Source: Octopus sinensis
Lineage: Eukaryota
DNA: 64,000 nucleotides
Assembly (NCBI RefSeq): GCF_006345805.1
Contig: NC_042997.1
Coordinates: 134,106,001 to 134,170,000, forward strand
Direction of reading: 5' to 3'
A program made the position numbers and the translations under genes. Of the stretch, positions 55,690-64,000 are shown one piece after another; within the stretch, counting starts at the first letter, position 1, and the number at the start of each line of letters is the position of its first letter. The notes under the pieces are model-generated. The model did no database searches. It saw nothing but the letters and a program-made list of their open reading frames with translations, and had not been told where the DNA came from.

Positions 55690-58600
55690 CATACATACAT
55701 ACACACCAACAAACCAGCCCAACCAAACAACACCACCACCAGCGCCACCACGAACAACACCATCATCACCACCACCACCAACAACCCAAAAGGTAGAAGA
55801 GAAAACCAAAAAGACTTATACCCCACCCCCAAAATCCCATACACCACATCTCAACTGATACAAACCAGCACCAACACCACCAACAACAAAATCATCATAC
55901 TCAGAAATAGCCCCCAATACCCTACCCTTCTCATCTTCTGATTCTTCCGACATGTCTTCAGATGAAGACGACACAGAAGATTGGCAAGCGGCCACAGGGA
56001 GAAGGAGAAAAAGGGGGTAAAAAAGAATAGAGAAGCAGACAAACAAAGCAGGGTGGTTTACCACTCCCGAAACCAAAACACCCGCAGAAAACAAAAGCGT
56101 CAAAAACACACTAACACCAAACCCCACAACAATGTTGGCAGCTATAAACATCAACGATCCAGACCTAATGGAATACATTAGGTCAAACACCAAAATAACG
56201 GAAAATGATACCAAAACAAAGAATCACCCACGCACAACACATTAAAATCGTACACATAACACAAAACACACACAGTACACTAAAATCTCTCTACCCGGAT
56301 GCAGTAGGGAGATTTCAAAAATACCTGTCTAAAAAACTATACAAAAACCTTCTGGGAAAAAAATCTTAATGCTCAAAATAGGTAGTATAAATGTACGTGG
56401 CTTGGGTCGCCTTGGTAACAAGGCCACCTGTTAAATGACATCAAGTCACAGAATCTGCATATCACAGCCATCAGCGAGACCAGACTCCACAACTCGAGGG
56501 CTCTCCAGCACATGTTCGGTGAACATTTTGTTTTTTTTTCTCCATGTTTGCCGAGAATGGGTGGAGGTAGCACCGCGGTGCTTCTTCGGAAGAGTCTCGA
56601 CCTCAAAATAAGAGCAATTTTCCTAAACCCGGAGGATAGGCTGGTCGTCTTGGATGGCGATGGCAGTAATGGGTGTGATTTTCGACTGATAACAGTTTAT
56701 GCACCGTCGTTTACAGGTCGGCCAGATTTCTTTCGACGTCTAGAAGTTTTCCTCGGAACATCTCGACCTTTACTTTTAGTGGGGGATTGGAATGCTACCC
56801 TGGATACGCATCTAGACTACATGAGCAGAGTTAGTAATAGGAGGGGATGTAAATGCCTCAAAGACCTGCTCAGAGGTTTCAAACTGTCTAACAAGTACCG
56901 ACTGGACCACCCGTATGTGCTAATGTGGTCATAGAGTAACCGCATCGGGTCGTCTAGGCTTACAGGGACCGGATTAGTGCTATCGTCAACAATAGATGGT
57001 GGTATGCCCTAAAGAAAGCAATTAAAACAGAATCGGTTAGGTATAGTAAGGCCCTAGCATTAAACCGAAATAGAATAGAGAGAGACTTAGTGAAGAAATT
57101 AGGAGAGGCACTTAGAACTAGCATCACATCCAACGTACTGGCAGTGAAGTTGGCCCTCGACCAACATTTCAACGCCAAACACGAAGGATGCGTACTCTGA
57201 GGAACGAAGGAGTTGGAGTCGCCCGAGAGGCCCGAGTGGCGGAGGCGCAACGAAGCAACAAAGTCACCATTAGATCTCTGACAGATGAACAGGGGTGCGA
57301 ATTACTCGAACCTGAAAGGATGTGTGACGCCTTTCAACAACACTTTGCCCGACTATTCGGGACAACTGGTGGGTCAGAACGCAGAGTGGACTTTAGTGCC
57401 TGTCTGCATAGTCTGCCACGACTCTCGGCAAGAGAAGCGGAGTGTTATGAAAGACCCATCACAGTCGCGGATGTACGGGATGCGATGGCAGGCTGCACGG
57501 GAGACAAGTCGCCAGGCTTGGATGGTCTGCCCTACGAACTTTATTGTCATATGCCTGACTTGTTTGGAGGCGTCTTGGCAGCTCTGTACTGCAACTAGCA
57601 GCAAAACGGGAGTATCCTCGTCTCTGTAAAGCGAGGAGCGGTGGCACTGCTAAAGAAAGATCCAAACAAGGGGAACGTCATAGATAACTTCAGGCCCATC
57701 ATTCTGCTCAATGCAGATTTGAAGATTTTGGCCAAGGTGTTAGCCGAGAGGTTGCGCTTGTCATCGACAAACTGATCGACAAGGCGCAAACGTGCGCTGT
57801 GACGGGTATGAGTATCCATGACAACCTCCTTAAGGAACCAGGAATGGGTGGGACGCTGATCAATTTGGATCAATCAAAAACTTTCGATAGGGTAGACCAT
57901 CACTACTTGGAGGCTGTCCTTAGAGCGGCTGGTTTCGATCCCGTCTTCCGCGGTTGGATCGCTGCCTTATGTAGCGGCATCTGCTCGGTAGTTCGCGTAA
58001 ACAGTCATCTATCCAGACCATTTAACATCACGCGTTCGATACGTCAAGGATGCCCACTCTCGTCACTTCCGTACGTATTGACTATTGAGCCACTACTGCG
58101 GAAGCTGGCGACGCTGAGGGGCATCCCGCGAGAGCTGGGATGCTGGGGTAGCGTGTCCGCATACGCGGACGACGTTCCCGTCATAGTGTCGAGCCACAAG
58201 TATATCGAGCTGGTCGGCGAAACATTTAAGAATACGAAGCATTCTGGAGCAAAATTTAACCGGGAAAAGTCAGTGGGCTCACGGCTCGGCACCTGGAGAA
58301 GCAAACTCATGCCGTCAAACAGCATCTCCATCGTGGTGGGACGCTGGACCGATGGACCGGTTAAATTGCTCGGAGTCTGGTTCGGTCTGGACCTCCAAAT
58401 GGAGAAGAACTAGGGCGAGATAATGACTAGGGTGGCCACTCTCATCCAGCAATGGGCCGAGCGGAAGCTATTCCTAAAAGGTCGGGCGGAGGTGGCGAAC
58501 GCTTACATCGCATCCGTCATCGATTACCGTCTGACCGTCGTGCCTTGTCCCGACCCTACCTTCACCAAATTGGAACGTATACTCTTCCGCTTTTTGTGGA

Positions 58601-59793
58601 TGGGAATCGTTCCGATGGTTAGGCGATCAATTTGCTGTCAACACCCACTAAAAGGAGGGAGAGGCATACCATGATTGGTGATGTGCAGACATGCGCTGAG
58701 TCTGCGACATCTCCGGCGATTGATAGACGACGGTGAATAGGTGTGGCCGCCGTTTGTGCAACGCGCTTTCCCGCACATCGTGTCTGTCCGAACTCTGGAT
58801 CAAACAGAGACAGAGGCTAGGCGAATGGCACCACGAGTGCCGCCTTGTTTCAAGCAACTCTGCCGTCCGAGACCAAACTTGTGCGACTTCAATTCCACAA
58901 AGTCATTCTGTCGAGGATTAGTAGAGGGGAGGGGCGACGACGTTCTCGGGCAGAATCTGGGCGTTGACGAGGAACACCTGACCCGCCTGTTCAGGACAAC
59001 TTTCGGGCTGGGACCTATGGACAATCACCAGAGATCCCTGACCTGGCAGTGCTATCGAGAAGCATTACCTGTTCGGGATAAGCTCTACAGGCATGGTTCG
59101 AGACACACCGGACTGACTTGCCCGAGATGCGGTCAGAGCGATGAAACCGTTCCGCACGCACTCGTGCAGTGTCCAACCGTTTCGAACCTGTGGGCTTATG
59201 CCGAACAGGTGCTGTAACGTGTGGGACGAGTTCGCTAGTCGGCCGAGTCTATCGTGAAAATTGCTCCGACATCTCCCCGTAACCGTGAAGGCAAGGCAGT
59301 CTTCATCGTACAGGTGGCCATGGTGAAAGAATGTGTGAAGTGGACTCGAGCGAAAGGTTTAGAGACAAACACTTTCCTCTCTGGCCAATTGCTCATCAAC
59401 GTTTTCAAGTACCACTTGAAAAGGAAGGTGAGAATAGAGAAACAAGTTTTGTCTCGCGAAAGTTTCAATAAAAGGTGGGTGAATGTAGCAAAGATGATAC
59501 GTGCAAATGACGAAACTACATTGAGCATGATCTGTAAACCGAAAAAAAAGAGAAAGAAAGCACTTTGCAGTCATGTGTTTATTCCCTTCCTGCCTGAGGT
59601 TACCGTGGTCTTTTTCGTAGGCTTTTCTTTCCAAGGATAAACCTAATACACGAGCCCTTTTGATCGCTTTTTTTTCCTCAAGATCCTTTTTGATCGGAAT
59701 TATATTTTTCTCCTCATATCTATTTTCGAAAAGAAAAGCTCCACATTGTATTTTGTCCCTCTGTGTTCGGCTCTGTGTGGCTAATAAAGAAAC
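55690..59793 (+). mobile_element. L1/Tx1-clade LINE (end of ORF1 + disrupted ORF2 from 56369: APE-RT-CCHC)
   Basis: MLKIGSINVRG, AISETRL, LLVGDWNATLD, KSPGLDGLPYE, NFRPIILLNADLKI, RQGCPLS, SAYADDV, CPRCGQSDETVPHALVQC; ends aataaagaaac + (TATC)n. Confidence 0.92.
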
Positions 59794-59895
<102 letters not shown>

Positions 59896-60393
59896 GCGTA
59901 TCTTGCGAGGGTGCCATGACGACGGCGGTTGTGTGGGACACAATGGTGGAATGCTCGAGGGACAAATCGACGGGTTTGGATGGTCTGCTCTGCGAGCTTT
60001 ACAGTTGTATGCCAGACTTGCTTGGAGACGTCTTGGCAGCTCTGTACTGCCACAGGCAGCAAAACGGGAGCATCTCCGGTTTTGTGAGCCGAGGAGCTGC
60101 AACGCTGCTGACGAAAGATCCAAACAAGGGGGACGTCATAGACAACTTTAGGCCTATCATTCTGCTCAATGCAGATTTGAAAATTTTGGCCAAGGTGTTA
60201 GCCAAGAGGTTGGCGCTTGTCATCGAGAAACTGGTCGACAAGGCGCAAACGTGCGCCGTGCCGGGCCGGAGCTTCCATGACAACCTCCATCAGGGTGGTT
60301 AAGGAACCTGGCATGGGTAGGACGTTGATCATTTTCGATCAATCCAAAGCTTTCTATAGGGTACATCATCGATACTTGGAGGCTGTCCTCAAA
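59896..60393 (+). mobile_element. Second Tx1 RT fragment (related subfamily)
   Basis: Parallels ~57440-57920; begins immediately after (TATC)n 59795-59895. Confidence 0.88.
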
Positions 60394-60778
60394 TCATTAT
60401 CGTTGTTTATTCCAATGCAATAGAAAGTAAATTCTCCTATTATAGATGTGTACAGTAATGATACAATTAGAATCGACGTACGCTTAAAGTGGATTACTCT
60501 CTGCACAACAGTCACTGGACAAAAATTTATAATACTATGTTAAAATAAGACAAAGTAGGCGAAACAGCGTATATCGCAGTTTAGATGACTCTGTATCATT
60601 GAGATCTACAATAACACTTACTGGACTGGGTCATTATAGTAACGAAATTCTATAAATAATTTAAAAATTACACACAAAGTCCGCATTCACTAGGAAACAG
60701 GATGTATCCTCTTCCTTAGAGTTTGGAGTTCCACCAGTTAATATTTTTACATCAAATATTAACTGAACTACATTATAT

Positions 60779-60975
60779 GGAAATCCCATTTGTGGTTTTT
60801 ACAACTGTATATATTCAGCATATTCAAGACAGTCGATGTCATTTCAAAGCAAATCATTTTAAGAAACGAGTAAAATTTGTTACTGTCTCAGTGATTTTCT
60901 GACTTACAGCCGTACTGCTCTCATCTTGCTTTCTATTTCGAAGAGAACAAACATTACAGTAAACAAAACGATGGT
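60779..60975 (+). promoter_or_regulatory. Fourth IL-17 paralog promoter and ATG-only exon 1 (TATA-like 60808, Inr ~60841, ATG 60971-60973)
   Basis: Homologous to 50580-50779 (homology from ~60420); aaaacgATG|gtaagtagac; kB-like ggaaatccc at 60779-60787. Confidence 0.85.
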
Positions 60976-61110
60976 AAGTAGACTTTAATTTATATTTTCT
61001 AGTGAATTTCTACATGTTGCTCCTTACTATTTGAGTTTTCTGTCTCATGTAAAACATTAGAATTTGTCTACAATAATTTAAACCTGTATATATACATATA
61101 TGTATGTATG

Positions 61111-61157
<47 letters not shown>

Positions 61158-61217
61158 ATAGTAAATTAGAGATAAAACCACTATTAGGCAAATCAAACAG
61201 TGAAATCATAAGCCAAT

Positions 61218-61298
<81 letters not shown>

Positions 61299-61300
61299 GT

Positions 61301-61367
<67 letters not shown>

Positions 61368-61501
61368 AGTATATATATATATATAATCATACTAGGGAAT
61401 AAATTAGGGCGGGTTATTCATTGACTGAGTTGTGGAATGCTGGTTCGTCTCTAAATTAGTTACACACACACACACACACACACTTATATATATATATGTA
61501 T

Positions 61502-61810
61502 ATAAATACAATGTACATTTAAACACATAAGAGATATCCGTCATAGGATTCCTTTCACGCTAGAAGGAACAGCTAAAGTCCAAGCCATTATTAGGGATAA
61601 AAACTCGAAGGGAATGAAAAATAAAAACATTTACCATCTATCTCCCGGACCATGGTTTCTGACATTTTTAGCAAATAAGATAATTTGCTAGGCTAAGTCT
61701 TCATCAACAGATACGCCTAGATTAAACATATAGGACTTTAGCTGTTCCTTCTAGCGTGAAAGGAATCCTGTGACGGATACCTCTTATGTGTTTAAATGTA
61801 CACTGTATTT
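61502..61810. mobile_element. MITE with ~79-bp TIRs in TA context
   Basis: taaatacaatgtacatttaaacacataagag...ctaaagtcc versus its reverse complement, about 3 mismatches. Confidence 0.8.
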
Positions 61811-61894
61811 ATATGAATAATATATAGTCTATTGACTAATTTTTCTACACGCTAGGCCACAGATAATAAAATTTCTAAAATCTTTATTACCCTG

Positions 61895-61944
<50 letters not shown>

Positions 61945-62138
61945 AGGGAAAGTTTACGAAAAAAACAACAAAAGACGAAGACAGGTGGTGTACAAAACAA
62001 ACAGATGTATTAGAATAACGCTCAAGAATAGAAAAAGTCTTTTACGTTTCGAGCCTACGCTCTTCTACAGAAAGGTACACAGGAGAGAAAAAAATGTGTG
62101 TAGTGGCTAAAGATGTATCATATATATATGTGTGTATA

Positions 62139-62175
<37 letters not shown>

Positions 62176-62180
<5 letters not shown>

Positions 62181-62995
62181 TCAATATAGGGTGGCAAAAA
62201 AAATTTTGTAGAATTTTTTTTTTTTTTTTTTTTTTTTTTGCCACCAGCGGCCTAGTGGGAAAAAATTAATAGTCATAGACCATTTTTAAGTTCAACATCA
62301 ACAATCAAGAAACGGCCATAATAGGCCATTCACCCACTAGAAATAACAGCCAAAGCTTCAACCGCAAATAAAGTCAATTCCGTAAACAGGAGAAAATTAA
62401 AAAACATTTACCCTGTAATTTCTTATACGATGCACCGTTTCATCTGCTGTTTAATGGTAAACTAACCTGATTAATTAAATCAAGCCAATCTTCCATAGGC
62501 CCTCAGATTCTTCAGTAAGAAATAGCCACAAGTCGGAACAGATATTTTCACGAGGCATTTCCGACCCTGCCAAGGTAATATCTGACCTAAAATTTTCAAA
62601 TCATCGCACTCGCGCCAAATTTATCGGCAGCAAATAAATATAAGCCGTCGATTCCATTACGGAATTAACCAGAAAATTCATAATTAATCAATATAGGGTG
62701 GCAAAAAAAATTTTGTAGAATTTTTTTTTTTTTGCCACCAGCGGCCTAGTGGGAAAAAATTAAATAGCTATTTCTTACTGAAGAATCTGAGGGCCTATGG
62801 AAGATTGGCTTGATTTAATTTAATCAGGTTAGTTTACCATTAAACAGCAGATGAAACGGTGCATCGTATAAGAAATTACAGGGTAAATGTTTTTTAAATT
62901 TTCTCCTGTTTACGGAATTGACTTTTATTTGCGGTTGAAGCTTTGGCTGTTATTTCTAGTGGGTGAATGGCCTATTATGGCCGTTCCTTGATTGT

Positions 62996-62999
<4 letters not shown>
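62176..62999. repeat. Direct-plus-inverted duplication A-B-X-A'-B'(rc)
   Basis: A 62176-62270 = A' 62683-62765; B 62297-62526 = reverse complement of 62767-62999, nearly identical. Confidence 0.85.
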
Positions 63000-63043
<44 letters not shown>

Positions 63044-63915
63044 ACATCACCATATAGAAGAAATAAAAACTTAATATGTTGATTTTATCAGAGATGTTGA
63101 ATGCACTGTGATATGCGGCAAAATAGATAATTATTATTTTACGTTCATCTTCTAAAACCGCTAAGATGTATATTATAACATAATTGTAGGTTGTAGCATT
63201 GTGTTCCTGATATGAGAACGAATCATAGATTAATACAAGATATAAAGTATTTTTTATCGGCACAGTTAAGGTTGTGCGATGAAGAAGCTCGCTTTACAAC
63301 CATGTAGTCTGGGGTTCAATCCCACTACACAGCATCTTAAGTAAATGTCTCCTTCTGTATCCTCACAATAACATGTGAGTGAATTTGGTAGAAGGAAACT
63401 GTGTGCAATCGTAAGTTATATACATGTGTGTGCGTGTGTGTGTGTGCGCGTGCGTACCTTTGTGCCTGAGTTTTAACAAACCTGGCTTTAACAAATAAGC
63501 ACTAGTATCGATATGTTCCATCAAACTCATCACAGCGATGTCCGAGCAGGGCCGCAATCTAATCATTGGAACAAGTAAAAGATGAAGGATATTCTCCAGT
63601 AAATTTCAGCAATTCGTTGTACCATATCTTCTTGGTTCAAATGTTGTTTCCTTATACTAAAAAAAAAAAATATTTTCCTCGTATAACAGCTGTTTACTTA
63701 TGATTTCACACATTTAGTTGTATATTGTCACTCCTCTATTTAATACACTTATCCTTTGATTCTTATTGTCTGCCGACTGACACACTTTCAACAACTGCTA
63801 TTTGAAGTATTATCAAGTGAGACCATCTTGTGTATTTTGAAAACCTAATCGGCGTGTTTGTTACTTTTATTATTTGTCTTCGTTACCATTCAAAAATGCA
63901 CCCACAAATGCATAC

Positions 63916-63975
<60 letters not shown>

Positions 63976-64000
63976 GCCAACCATTGTTTCTTTCAGTATT

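Overview
AT-rich, microsatellite-dense animal genomic DNA. The SINE families and the IL-17 gene point to an octopus/coleoid cephalopod (inferred from recognised repeats, not searched). Only one complete host gene is visible: a secreted IL-17-like cytokine on the minus strand. I read it as two exons, an ATG-only exon 1 at 18182-18180 spliced to exon 2 at 17298-16780 (173 aa). The same promoter/exon-1/intron module recurs three more times, so the window is part of an IL-17 tandem cluster. (i) A dead copy at ~23.7-24.1 kb (-) whose splice donor is deleted. (ii) A copy at 50.6 kb (+) whose intron and 3' flank match the intact gene on both sides of the 100-N gap (53542-53641), so its coding exon should lie in the gap. 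(iii) A copy at 60.8 kb (+) whose coding exon should lie just beyond the window. The rest is transposon debris: Penelope, CR1, RTE, Dong/R4, Tx1/L1, Gypsy, Helitron, Chapaev-like, mariner/maT, MITEs and SINEs. Notable repeat biology includes a tRNA-SINE present as 1-, 2- and 4-unit multimers each inside one TSD pair, with a 3' tail matching the 3' end of a Tx1-type LINE. All alignments and counts were done by eye and need computational confirmation.
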